Shown: positions 15,570 to 28,612 of the stretch, in pieces
Numbering within the stretch: the stretch's first letter is position 1
Layout: every line of letters begins with the position of its first letter
Assembly (NCBI RefSeq): GCF_009914755.1
Contig: NC_060937.1
Length of the DNA stretch: 64,000 nucleotides
Origin: the human T2T-CHM13v2.0 reference genome, Homo sapiens
Direction: 5' to 3' (one strand)
Made by a program: the position numbers and the translations under genes
The notes under the pieces: generated by a model
Databases searched by the model: none
Told to the model about the DNA's origin: nothing
The model's input: only the letters and a program-made list of their open reading frames with translations

Positions 15570-16290
15570 AAGCATTATATCTGCACTCCCATGTTCATTG
15601 CCACATTAATAACCACCAAGATATGGAAACAACCTAAATTTCTATCAAAGATGAATGGATAAAAAAGTGATGAATATATGCCATGGAATATCATTCAGCC
15701 TTAAAAAGAAAATTCTGCTATTTGCCACAATATTAATAAATATGAAGAACATTATGTTAAGTGAAATAAGGCAGATACAGAAAGACGAATATGATATGAT
15801 CCCACTTATATGTGAAATCTAAAGTAGGCTGACTCATAGAAGTAGAGAGAATATGGTTGCCAAGGTGAGTGAAGGGGGACATGAGAGATTTTGATCAAAG
15901 GGTACAAGAGTTTTAGTTACATACATTCTGGAAATGTAATGTACAGCATGGTGACTATAGTAAAAATATTCTATGAAATTTGCTATGAGGGTAGATATTC
16001 AGTGTTCCTTGAAAGACAAAAGAAAGAAAGAGAGAGAGAGACAGAGAAAGAGAGAGAAAGAAAGACAAGAAAGAAAAGAAAGAAAGAAAGAAAGAAAAAG
16101 AAAGAAAGAAAGAAAAGAAAGAAAAAGAAAGAGGGAGGCAAGAAGGAAGGAAAAAATAAATCCTATGTGAGGTGATGGATAAGTTAATTAGTTTGATTAT
16201 GGTGATCATCTCACTATGTATACATATATCAAAATATCATATTTTACACCTTAAATATATACCAATCCTGTTTGTCCTTGTAATTCCATA
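15570..16290 (+). mobile_element. L1MA-type 3' fragment with an internal GA-rich repeat
   Basis: ATCTGCACTCCCATGTTCATTG..ATGGAAACAACCTAA..GTTAAGTGAAATAAG..GTACAGCATGGTGACTATAG..ATGTGAGGTGATGGAT. Confidence 0.88.
16011..16155. repeat. (GAAA)n/(GA)n polypurine tract
   Basis: About 145 bp of near-pure purines. Confidence 0.93.
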
Positions 16291-17160
16291 AAGCCAAATG
16301 GGGAAAGGATGTTCTAGATAGGAGTAGTTGGGAAGAAATAAAAAGGAAAGTTGTCAGAATGTTTGATGCGAGTAATGACTGGGAAATAATTTTTGATTGA
16401 AAGAGAGGATCAAAAGTGATATAAAACTTTTGTCATGGATACATGTCTCCATTATGACATGGAGAATTGTAATTAACAGAAATGGATCTGTCAAGAAAAG
16501 AAAAGGACTTACAAACCGCAGACATATTTTTAGAGGTTTGCATGAGATCTGCAGATGGTTCCTGGTAAGCACAATTATTTCCTATAGGGCATAGTAGTGC
16601 ACTTTGGGGATGAGTCCAGAGATGGAAGAAAACAGTTGAAAATATCCTAGTAGACCATTATGAACCTAAATTTAGAAAGTTAATTATAGTTGACAAAGTG
16701 GTAGCAGCTGTAGGAAGAGTTAAGGTGAAAAAAATTAAAGTAGAATAGATAGAAAAAAGTGCATTGACAACATACCGAAGCAAGATTTCAAACACAGGGT
16801 TTCCTTGTGAGCACCTTGGTACTGGGTCTTAAAAGATGGACCACATGCTGTGCCCCAAAGGACATTGTCACTAACTGTGCTTCTTTACTCACCTTTACAT
16901 GTAATATCCTTTAATTTCATCTACCTTTGTGGGAGTTGTTTTGTTTTCACAAAACAAGCCTGAACTCTCAGGCAGACAAATCTAGTCTTTCTAAGCATTT
17001 ATGTATTATTTTGTATCTTATGATTAGCCATTATTTGTTGGTCAAGAATATTTAGAATTGAGTATACATATGAGCAGATTTTTCAAATATTAAAAATTAT
17101 CTGAATGTACTTTTTCAAGTAGTTTTTTTAAAATATCAAACCTATTTAAGAAGGAATTGT

Positions 17161-17436
17161 TGCCTGTAATCCCAGCACTTTGGGAGGCCAAGGTGGGTGG
17201 ATCACGAGGTCAGGAGTTCGAGACCAGCCTGGTCAAGATGGTGAAACCAAGTCTCTACTAAAAATACAAAAATTAGCCAGGCGCAGTGGTGGGCGCCTGT
17301 AACCCCTGCTACTCAGGAGACTGAGGCAGGAGAATCGTTTGAACCCAGGAGGTAGCAGTGAGCCAATATCACGCCACTGCTCTCTAGCCTGGGCGACAAG
17401 AGCAAGACACCATCTCAAAAAAAAAAAAAAAAAAAA
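17161..17436 (+). mobile_element. AluSg-like, 5'-truncated by about 20 nt
   Basis: Starts at TGCCTGTAATCCCAGC, has ATCACGAGGTCAGGAGTTCGAGACC and a poly-A tail. TSD AAGGAATTGT(T) at 17151 and 17437. Confidence 0.95.
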
Positions 17437-18621
17437 AAGGAATTGTTTCCATAGCATACATTAGATTTTTCTGCTTTCTTCAGCAGAAAATAGTGAACAC
17501 ACATGAAATGTTTATCGAAGACTCAATGTTATCAACATATTATTGACCTGACAAACATAGTAAGCTGTAACTCCTACCTTCTTTCATCAGTGTCACCCTG
17601 TCAATGATAAACTGTCACTTTCTTGGCTACCAGTGGCCCTGGCTCTAAATTCCCTACCATATTCTAATTTATTATTTTTTCTCCTCTAAGAAAATAGGCA
17701 GGGAATAATGATAAAAAACATTCATTAAATTATTAACAATACTTACCAGAATAAAGGAGTTAGGAGTAAGTTACAGTAGCCTATTATAATACGCAATTTT
17801 CTTTTATTTTCGAAGGAGAAAAAAATTACTGTGCAAAGAAAAAGTGTCTGTCAACAAGAGAGATACAGTTTAAAATTAAAATATTTTCAACATTTGAGTA
17901 TAAAAATGTTTAGGCTAAAAAGCATTAAATAGTAAAAATGAAGTAATCCATGTTTTTATGTGTTTTATCTTGCTCCTAGTGTTCATTACACTGTAAATAT
18001 GGAGATAGACATAGAAATAATTTACTTTAAATTTCACTTTGAACCAAATAATTAATCCTTAATATACTTATCCTTAATAAATTTTTGCTGTTTTTAAAAG
18101 GCGTGTATTTATTTAGAGTATTATTAACTAGAATCAGAAGACGTGCTAACATTTGTTTTAATTAGCTAAGCTATAACAACGTAAGCTATTTTTTAAAAAA
18201 ATCATGACACCACTCTTCATCTGGTGGCCTTTCATTAGGGATACAAGCAAGAGAGACAATGTCAAATAGCCTCTTGATCCCTAATATTATAAACCCACAT
18301 CTACTAATAGGCGGCATAACAACCACCACAACAAAAGATATAGGCATCATTAATGAATCTGAATATATCTTTAAACATAATGAATAAGCATTGGGATTCA
18401 ATTATACATAAAAAATGCACCTAGTATTTGAAAAATACTTTTTTACAATACTGTGTATGAAATATGCATTAAGCATAGTTCCTCATACAAAATAGGAGAG
18501 ATGATTAAAGACATAGCTTACTAAAATGTGACATGAAGATGATATGTGCTAAAAGAGAAGTTCTGTACAAATAAAGTATCATAAGAGTGTGAAGAGTGAT
18601 TGAGACAGTGCTCTACTAGGA

Positions 18622-18675
18622 CAGCGGTTCTCAACCAGGAGAAATTTTGCAGACAAAAGACAAACACCCTCCCCC

Positions 18676-18720
<45 letters not shown>

Positions 18721-18893
18721 GAAAATTTCAAAATGTCTATAGACATTTGAGGTTTTCATAACTAGGGGGGCTGTGGCATACAGGAAGTAGAAGACAGGGA
18801 TGCCGTTAAACGTCTTACAATTCACAAGACAGCCCTTACAACAAGAAATTATTTGGGCCAAAAACTAAGTAGTTCTAAGCTTGATAACCCCTG
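18622..18893 (+). mobile_element. MER20 hAT-Charlie relic with an internal (CA)n
   Basis: CAGCGGTTCTCAACC start, AATGTCTATAGACATTT, CAGGGATGCCGTTAAAC, ACAACAAGAAATTATTTGGGCCAAAA, TTGATAACCCCTG end. (CA)n at about 18678-18718. Confidence 0.88.
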
Positions 18894-18951
18894 TGGGAAT
18901 TATGAAAAACTTCCTGAAAGAGGTCACATTTGAGTTTACCATAGAGAAGCA

Positions 18952-19418
18952 CAGTAGTGCTCCGTTATCCAACGTTGCACTTTTCACAGTTTCAGTTACT
19001 CATGGTCAACTATGGTGGGAAAATATTAAGTAAAAATTTCTAGAAATAAACAATTTATATGTTTTTAATTTTGTGCAGTTCTGAGTAGTGTGATGAATTC
19101 TTGAACCAAGCCACTCCATCTAGCCTGGGATATTAATTATCTCTTTGTCCAATACATCCACTCATGAGTCACTTAGTAGCCATTTCAATTATCAGATCTC
19201 TGGCTGTGGTATGCAGTGCTTATGGTGAAGTAACCTTTATTTTTACTTACTGATTCTATTTTATTATTACTTATTGTTGTTGATCTCTTACTCTAATTTA
19301 TACATTAAACTTTATCATATGTAGCTATGTGTAGAAAAACTATATAGTATATGTAGGATCTGACACTCTTTATGGGTTCAGGTTGGAAAGTATCACTCAT
19401 GGATAAGAGGGGATTATG
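18952..19418 (+). mobile_element. MER44-type (Tigger7-derived) element
   Basis: Degraded terminal repeats CAGTAGTGCTCCGTTATCC and GGATAAGAGGGGATTATG. Internal GTTTCAGTTACTCATGGTCAAC and GTCACTTAGTAGCC. Confidence 0.85.
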
Positions 19419-20117
19419 CTTCCAGGATTTCAAAAGGCAGACTTGGGGTAAAAATATAATAAATTTATTATATTTATTGAACAGATCCCCACCAAAAATG
19501 AAAAAATTCATTATTTTTATAGTAAAAGTCATGCTTAAGGAATGGTTAGCAGCTGGAATGTATAGTACATTCCAGGTATACAGGTAGAGAAGAGAGAGAG
19601 TTGAAAAATTAAGTGGAGGGGCAGCGGATGACATGCTATGTATATTTATAAAACAGGGAAAGTGCATTTATGTATAACACAATGTGTTGCATTTTATAAA
19701 AATTTGTATTATTCTATAATTTTGTTTTGCAATGAGTTCTTCAGATTATTATTTTGTTTTGTTTCACTTTGCTTGGATTTCCATGCTAATTACCAGCTTT
19801 TTATCTAATGGTTGAATTATATTCTATCTTATTAATGTAACAGGATGTACAGAACTGGTGCATAACCAATGGAAATTTATACTGCTTTATCATATTTTTT
19901 ATTACAGAAAATGCTGCAATTAACACATCTGCACTTACTTGCTAATGTTTTCCAACTAAATTTTCTAAGAAATGCTTGAGTAACAGGAATAATTTTATGT
20001 AGAATCCTTTAGACACAGATTTTTGCAAAAGCTGAAACAGATTGTAGAGACAGTAAACAGAAAAGAGGCAGTGGGGATGCAAATAAGTATACATAGTCAT
20101 ATATTATCTAGCTGTAA

Positions 20118-20865
20118 TGATACAGACCGGAGGCAGGGAACTACTGGGTAGAAGAGGGCAGTTCCTGAGCAAAAACCCCACCCTCAAGCCGGAAACTTGC
20201 AACCCTAAATGGGAACAGGCATTCCTGTTTTTCCACCCAAATGTTGACTTTTCCCACACTACACCCCCCTATCCTGTACCCATATAAACCCCAAACTCCA
20301 GGCTTTACAAATGGAAGAGCAGAAGAGCAGCAGAGCAGCGTGGCATAGAAGGAGAGAAGAAAGGAGTATCTGGACATTGAGAGGAATTCAGCTGAGGATG
20401 GTTGGAGAGGAAGTCAGCTGTGGGATGGCTGAACTCCAGAGGAGGAAGTCTTCCCACTCCATCCCCTTTCCAGCTCCTCATCCATCCCACTGAGAGCCAC
20501 CTCCACACACAAGAAAATCCCTGAATTTACCTTGTGTCAAGTTCGAGTGACCTGATTCTTCCTGTATGCCAGACAAGGACTCAGGTACCAAGAGGGTAGG
20601 GTGTAAAAAGCTGTCACCCTGACTCTCCATTGAGCTGGTTTAACACTTAGCCATCTACGGATAGCAACTGCTAAAAGAGCATTAATTGTAACACACCCTT
20701 AGATGCTACCATGGGGTCAAAGCCCAAAAGTGCTCACCCCAGCTCCTGCACCTGCCTGTCTGCAGGCCCCCCTCTCATAAGGGGTTTGAGCCTATGGCAG
20801 CTAAACAAACACACCACACCCCTGTTGCAAGTCCTATGACAGGATCAGGGAACTCCCTTCTTTCA
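20118..20865 (+). mobile_element. LTR1-family (ERV1) solo LTR
   Basis: TG..CA termini (TGATACAGACCGGAGGCAGGGAACTACTGGGTAGAAGAGGGC .. GGGAACTCCCTTCTTTCA), TATA-like CCCATATAAACCCC, 4-bp TSD GTAA (20114-20117, 20866-20869). Confidence 0.92.
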
Positions 20866-21789
20866 GTAATATCTAGTGGTAATATATTTTACCATCATTG
20901 TAGCAAATATAGGTAACAATGGATTTATTCTTGGTTTTAAATAACTCTCTGGAATAATGATAGTTTCCATCTTTGTCATTGAAATGTTTTGACAATTAAT
21001 GCATTCCTATTTTCTGATAAATTTTCAACCTTGTTCTCACATTGGTGAGACCCTCTGCTTTTGCTGTGGAATATACTGAAGTTACAAAGTCATTAGTGCT
21101 GTATGAGTGATCGCCATGCTAATTCTACCAATTTTCTCTGTTTATAAATATTTTTCTACCTACTGTCATTGAAACTATGTAGAACATGAACTCTATCTTC
21201 GGAGATAAAAATATTTTTTACTTGAATTGAAAATCATTTTATTGAGACCCACTTGAAGAAATCTATATTCTCACAAGATAGAACAAATATCTATTGAAAA
21301 GAAAAATGTCAATGAGAATACTAATGCTTATTTTCAGCTATTAAAATATTAATATATAATTTTTGAGAAAAAGTAATATGTAGATTTCCAATTTTCTCTT
21401 ACACTTGTAATTGTGATTGGAAATATTATATATTTATTTACATAGCTTGTGGATCTAAGATCATGGTTCTGAAACTCAATATGCAGGAATGACTTGGGCA
21501 TACGTGAACATATTCATTTAATGCAAAAATTATTATTGCCCACCTTGCTTTGCAGTCACTATGGATACAATTATGAGGGGCAACAAACTCTAATTGTCCT
21601 TGACTCAGGTAACAAAGACTCCCAGAGAAGCTCTACCTAGCCTGTTTAGGATGGGCCAGTGCTTTTTTTTTTTTTTTTTTTTTTTGCGTGATTTAACTTC
21701 ACCTCTACGCCCACCCCACTGATGGAAGAGGATTTCGGGTATCAGAAAAATCTGAGATTAAAGTGTGTTTACAACTTTCTATCTCTGTT

Positions 21790-22145
21790 TCTTGGATGAT
21801 ACTTAAACTTTATAGAATTCAATTTCTCCATCTGTGAAATGCATTTAGTAATAATTACATTGCCGGGAGAGGTGGTTCATGCCTGTAATCCCAGCACTTT
21901 GGGAGGCCGAGGCGGGTGAATCACAAGGTCAGGAGTGATCAATATGGTGAAACTAAAAATACAAAAATTAGCTGGGCGTGGTGGCGCACCTGTAGTCCCA
22001 GCTGCAGGTGCATATTTTTACAGGTGGCGCACCTGTAGTCCCAGCTGCAGGTGCATATAATTACATCATAGGAATTTGATAAAGGTTTCAAGAGACAGTA
22101 TAAACAAAGCAGTTGGAAAACACTAAATATTAGCTATTATTATAA
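21790..22145 (+). mobile_element. MIR fragment split by a rearranged Alu
   Basis: TCAATTTCTCCATCTGTGAAATG..ATAATTACAT, then resumes CATAGGAATTTGATAAAGG..AAATATTAGCTATTATT. Confidence 0.65.
21862..22058 (+). mobile_element. 3'-truncated, tailless AluS-type element with a 36-bp duplication
   Basis: Left arm with two internal deletions, linker and start of the right arm. No poly-A tail. ATAATTACAT on both flanks. Confidence 0.9.
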
Positions 22146-25100
22146 TTGCTAACGCCTAATGAATGCATACACTTGAATTATATTAATGATTAAGACATAT
22201 TTTGTGAGAAAACTGGGATCTAGTCTTTATAATTATTTTCTTAGTAGTAAAATGTTTTTCACTCTGATTTATTACTTTAAAAATATATACGCATCCTACT
22301 ACTTGTTCATACATTAGGAATCCCAATTTCCTTTATCCTCTATGGGAGTTCTTGTCTGTATTTTACAAAGTAATAACCAATAATGTTTTTGCTCTAGCAT
22401 ATATTCAACATGTAGCAACGAATTGGTTCTGAAGTATGTATAATATCTTGTTATGACCTCTTCGTGATAAGAGGAACAGAAGTTTTAAGACAATGGCTAG
22501 CAATAAAATATAGTCTGAAATTTCAGAAGAGAGGATTCCCTGAATGCAGACCTCCCTTTCTAACGTGGGATACAAGCTTACACCATAGACATCGTATTAC
22601 TGTTTTATGTTCAAAGTGCAGAAAACTAGGCAGATTAATTTAAGCATTGAGTAAATATATAATGAATTAGAATGGTAGCTACTATGTAATAAAACAATTA
22701 AACCCTGTTAGTAATGTATATAATTGTCTACATGGATTTCTAAGTTTTTTATTTTTTTTCAATAAATAACAAATTCATACATTTCTCAAGCAGTGTATTG
22801 CCATTTATTACCTTCAAAATAGCTAGGAAGAAAATGATTGTTGTCATTAGGAGGTTGATATTCAAGTAATATTTAAAGGATAAACAAAATCATCAATATA
22901 CGTGATTCATTTCGGTACACTAACACCTGTAAATGAAACCTAAGTAATAAAACAAATTAAACCATTATTCTTAGAGGGAAAAACTTTTCTCACATTTACA
23001 AACTACAGATTTATTGATGTGATCACTGTAAAGTGAATACACACACACACGCCTATCTATCTTCAGAAATAGAGTGTAATGTAAATTTAGATAACTGGAA
23101 TAGAGGCAATAGAAACTCAGACACATCCTTCAATTAGCTCACACGTTTTTAACACAGGCTCGTCTATAACACGTGGTTTGCGAGTCTTGCTTGTTTTTCT
23201 CTGCCTTTCTCAGTACCCACTCTCTCATTGACTTAGGTAAAAAAGATGTCACTGTCTAATTAAGTTACTTTCCTTATGACTTCTTGGTTTCCTCTATCAA
23301 GGAGAAAAAAAGATAAATCTACAGGGGGCCTTTGTGAAGCTCTTTAGTGTTATAACATCAATTTCCCCTCCCTTCCCAGTGTCTCAGGGATGCATTAATG
23401 ATTCATTTAGCAGATAAATGCATGCTCTTTACTAACCCCATCACCTCCTGGAGATTCTTCATTGTTAGTCTTACTAACAACTTCTGAGAGCAAATTTTTC
23501 AAATCTATTTCTACTAAATATTCCTTGATATAATGAAATGTTTACTAAAAGGCAAATGATCTAGGTTTCTTGAGGGCATATACAGTGTGCTATGGATAAT
23601 CCCCTCCAGTCTCACCCCCATTCTCAACCTCATTACATGGGCCACAGAATTCTTGAGAAATTCTCTCTACGCTAGACCACTTTCTTCTCTTTGACACATG
23701 GACAACAGCAAGAGCACTGTTAGTTTTAGCCACTTTCTTTGTATGTACCATCTGGCATTTACCCTGCACAACACATAGCCAAGTTTAGAGACGTGTCTTC
23801 CCTGCCCACCTTTGACTCCCACAAGTAAAATGATTTAGCATTTTTGAAGGTGCATGATGACACAGTCCATAATTAAGAAAGATATGCTTGGTAAAGAAGT
23901 GTAAAAATTATCCTTCATGTAATTTTTTCCTCTTTTTATATAGTCATTGACATTTATTAAAATGGATCTCTGTTATCATTCTTGAAGATTCACATTTCTT
24001 CACCCGCCACCAAGGGATTAAAATCGTTAAGAAGAAACTGTAGAAACAGATTAAACTTATGACATTGATGACTAGTCACGATATCCCCCAAAAGGGTACA
24101 CTCTATTAATATTATGGTATTTTAGCATATTTCTCAAAGTTAAAGCTGAGATATTGATTTTAATTAACAAATATTTCTTGAAAATATCTTTTGTTTCTTT
24201 TTTCTTTCTCTGTCTGTTACTATGACAAATTCCTAAGAATGCTACTACATGAAATTTTACTGAGTAGACTAGAGGGAAAATTTTAGAACAGTAGTGTTAA
24301 TAACTAGGATGCACCTTTGGAAGTGAATCAGGATTTTATGAATATAGATAATCTTTCCTAGAGTTTTGCAGCCTACTTTCTTGGATGTTTCATAAAGAGT
24401 GACAGATTGTAGTCTTAAGATATTTCTTTTTGTGGTTTTTTTTTTCCTTTTTAAAATTTTCTCACCAGGATAGCCTTTGAAATAAAGTGGAATTAACACT
24501 GGCGGGTAGTGCCAAAGCCTTTCACTCAGGGTTGTTGTGGTTCAGAAGCTTTTTCCTTCCTCAAGACATGTACTGTATTCTATTCAAAGATAACAGCTGA
24601 AGGGTCACACAGTGACATGAACACTTTAAAGACCTCATTCCGGCATGCCAGATGTGAACTTTGGGATGGTTTAAAATAGCAACTTGTAAAACAAGAAACA
24701 ACAACAAAAAAATCCAAAATACTACTCCTTTGGCCTACTGAGTTTTACAGATTGGGAATGAACGCCTGAGTTTCTGAGCTCTTGTTCTAACTACTAACTA
24801 AAGCCAATATATAACATTTTCAGCTTTATTTTTCCCATCTGTCACAATGGGATAATTTTTACTCTCAGCAATATGATGAAATCTCTAAATAGTGGCAATA
24901 TGGGAAATATTAGTGAAGGAGAGAAAAGTGCCATTCCTCACATTTAAGTTGCTGTGGCAAGAGCTAATTATGGAGTAGGGAAGTGTTAAAATATTTAGAA
25001 TTCAGGTCTAGTTGAAGGTAGAAATTAATAGAAATAAGGAGAAAAGAAACTGCCTATGTTTACATTACTACAGATAGTATTGTCTATTGCAGGGAGATAG

Positions 25101-26899
25101 TGGCTGCATACTACACTGGTTTTGCGCTGTGTTTTCTTTTGGTGACTCTAGCACTGGGAGAGCACTATGGAATAGACCTTGAAATGTCACTAGCATTAAC
25201 ACAAAGAACAATGTTTCCTGAAGTTAGACACACATATTCTTTTGTGTTATTGTCTTCCTCTTCCATTGAATACTTGCTTACCACATACAGCCAAAATGAA
25301 TACAAAGAATAGTCAAGGATCCCATTCAAACCATAAAAGCAGAGTTTTAATGATAAATAAGGGTCTCTTGGAAATGACCTGCTGTTTTATAAAGTTGAAA
25401 GGTGAAGTCTTCACCTTTCAACTTTATAAAGATCTTGCTAGATATAAGCAGTCATTGTAAGAGATAAAGAGCAAAGCAATGTCTGAGATAAAATTAATAA
25501 AGCCAATATTTTAAAGTTTGCTGACTGGTAAAAGAGGCAAGTAATCTTCCTCAGACACTCAAACAAGTTCTTTTTGTAGCATGCAAGAACGTACACACAA
25601 TCTCTCTCTCACACATACACATATATGAGAAAGGATGAAAAAGAGGTGTTGTGAATTATATTTCCTTTTCCTGGCCTAGTTGTACAGTACACAACACCTT
25701 TGTTTATAATTTTATTCAAAATATTAAATCGGTTTACCTACCTATGCAAAACACTTTGAAAGCTCGACCTCATCTGTCATAATTATAGAAAACTCTGTCC
25801 TCAAACACAGACATGTTAATAAAATACTTTAATTGCAATATCTTATGGAAAGGTTCACTTTGACTTAACTTAATATGCAGCCAAGTCCCATTCACTTCTG
25901 TGGTATTAATGCTGTCACAATACCCAAGGTGATTTTTATTAATGACAATATTTGCATGTGTCTTATTTCCATTGTAGTGAATTTCAAGGCTGGTGATATA
26001 TTTTAATGAACATTACTGTACCATGATTATTTAGACATTAGTTTTATATTCACTTGCATTCAAAGGCACATGTGATGCTAAATAAAATATGTACATATAT
26101 TCAATTTCAAGGTATTCCATATTTTTGATTACATATTACCACAGACTGCATCTGTATGTGTAAAGCCTAGCAGATGGTAAGCTAAGAGGTTCCCAATCAG
26201 GAAAGGAACAATGGAAGCAGAAAATGAACACATTCTCAAAGGACAAATATTGATACAAAGACTGTATCTATTAAATCTGGGAAATAACATGCTAATAAAG
26301 TTCCTAGATAAAGAATGGTTTACAGTGCACAATAATCAAATTTATAAGTGCTTATAGTATTTGCTGAACTAATATCATATATGTTAAAAATATTTTAATG
26401 TTATTTTGACAGAAGAAAATACTGAAAAAATAAATGCATATTTTATATAAAAATATAAAAGTATTTATTATGCAAGTTATAGGAAAACTTGGTATTTTGG
26501 AAAGGTTTTAAAAGGTTAATGATATTAACACATACTTCATATATGATTATTTATTATTTTATTATGTTCTTAAGTGAAAAAAAGAAATCCTCAAAGAAAG
26601 ATCTCTAAAGCATCCTGCTGCATATAATTTTAAAAAGCATATGACCTTTACAATCACAATTAAGATGCATTATTGCATTTTAACCCTTCGATGTATTTAT
26701 TATCCTTCCACACACATAACTGATTTTGTATAAAATATTATTTTAAAATATATGATAATTACATTACTCAAATGTAATACAAAATGATATGTATTGTAAA
26801 AACTTCTTTGCCTATTTTTGTCAAGTTTCTTAAAAATGGATTAGGTTGACTCAGTATTAGAAACATTTTATAAAAATGAATTTTAGAATCAAATATTGC

Positions 26900-27076
26900 T
26901 TTTTTGTTTGGTTGGTTTTTAGACAGGGTTTCTCTCTGTTGCCCAGGCTAGTTTTCATATTTTTTTGGAGAGACAAAGATTCACCACTTTTCCCAGGCTG
27001 GTATTAAACTCCTAGGCTCAAGCAATCTGTCCAGCTCAGCCTCCCAAAGCACTGGGATTACAGGCATAAGCCACCC
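26900..27076 (-). mobile_element. AluJ-type with most of the right arm deleted
   Basis: AGACAGGGTTTCTCTCTGTTGCCCAGGCTA joined directly to the linker and left arm (CTCCTAGGCTCAAGCAATC..GGGATTACAGGC). Confidence 0.85.
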
Positions 27077-27301
27077 AAATACCACTTTCAAACCAAAACA
27101 TAGCCATGCCTCCAATTTCTGATGACATTCATGAAGTGAATTATTATGATAATTTATTGTATTGTTGAATTGTTGAGTAAGAGCTATAGATTAAATAGAA
27201 AGATTTTTAAAGAGTTATACAATGAGACGCCCTAATTCTCTCTCATGATTTTTGCTGTGCTATTATTTGAGAATTCTTAGTTGTAAGCTGTAATTTCTTC
27301 C

Positions 27302-27418
27302 CCTAAGGTACACATACTTTATAGTTCTTGAGCATAGATACCTAAGGTACATATACTCTATAGTTCTTGAGCATAGATACCTAAGGTACATATACTCTAT
27401 AGTTCTTGAGCATAGATA
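27302..27418. repeat. 39-bp x3 tandem repeat
   Basis: CCTAAGGTACATATACTCTATAGTTCTTGAGCATAGATA at 27302, 27341 and 27380. Copies 2 and 3 are identical, copy 1 has 2 differences. Confidence 0.95.
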
Positions 27419-27492
27419 GTTACCTTACTTTTCTTTGCATTCTGTTGCCACGCACACAGGGCTGAGAATATAATAGTAGGAATATATATATA

Positions 27493-27760
27493 TCTTGCTT
27501 TGTTCCCCATTCTGGAGTACAGTGGCACAATAATAGCTCATTGTAGCCTCTGGGCTCAATTGATCTTCCCATCTCAGCTTCTTGAGTAGCTGGGACTGCA
27601 GATGAGCACCACCATGGCTGGCTACTTTTGAAATTTTTTTTAGTAGAGATGGAATCTCATTATGTTGTCCAGGCTGCTCTCAACACCTGGGCTCAAGTGA
27701 TCCTCCCCGCTCAGTCTCCCAAAGTGCTAGGATTACAGGCATTAGCCACAGTGCCTGGCC
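27493..27760 (-). mobile_element. AluJ, degraded, apparently inserted in an L2 3' end
   Basis: CTGGAGTACAGTGGCACAATAATAGCTCATTGTAGCC..CTGGGCTCAAGTGATCCTCC..GTGCCTGGCC. Confidence 0.9.
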
Positions 27761-28410
27761 TAATAAATAGGATTTTAAATAAACTAATGAATAACTCAAG
27801 TTGGAGATGAGCATCACCTTTGGAAAAAATTAGGCTACTGCAGTAAAATATGTGTACAAATAACCCCTTTACTCTCCACTCATCTGTCTTTGTTTGCCAT
27901 TAATTAAAAAAAGGTGATTAAAAATCTAAAATATAACCTCAGGAGAAATAATGTGATGTGTCATCATACATCAACGAGATACATGTGAAGCTTTCACAAC
28001 AGATAAGAAAATTAAGGGATGAGATAAATAAAAGGGCATATGGCATAAGGAAAAAAATAAATCACTGTTTATTCTCAGTACTAGAAGCTGTATCTATCAA
28101 GGGGATACATCTCAGAAAGATAATCAAAAGCACCTTTAGAAGATAACAAGAGGGAAATATACCATCCTTTAAGAGCAGCCTTTTGGCATGTTTATAGTGC
28201 TTAAGGAAAACACATAGTGAGATGGCACTATGCCTATAAGCCTCCAGTACATAACACAGTGTGACTTTGTTTAAGGAACTGATCACAATCCTTTGCTTTG
28301 CAGTCCATTTATTTGAATAGATTTCAACTGAAATTAGTTTGGAAAATTTCCGTAATCTCAGGATTTGTGGTTTGCCATACACTAAGGCTGTGGTATTCCA
28401 TATACATAAC

Positions 28411-28469
<59 letters not shown>

Positions 28470-28581
28470 TGTGTTATGTATATAGTTATATATAATTATT
28501 TATATTTATATGTATATATTTATATAAAATTATATATATAACTTTCCAAATATTCATATATATATACACACATATATATAT

Positions 28582-28612
<31 letters not shown>

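Noticed and set aside
14330-20865. A provirus or composite transposon bounded by the two LTR1 copies
   Set aside because: The LTRs are inverted, differ internally and have their own TSDs. The interior is L1, Alu and MER sequence with no gag/pol/env.
27302-27418. CRISPR-like array
   Set aside because: Units are contiguous with no unique spacers, and the context is eukaryotic.
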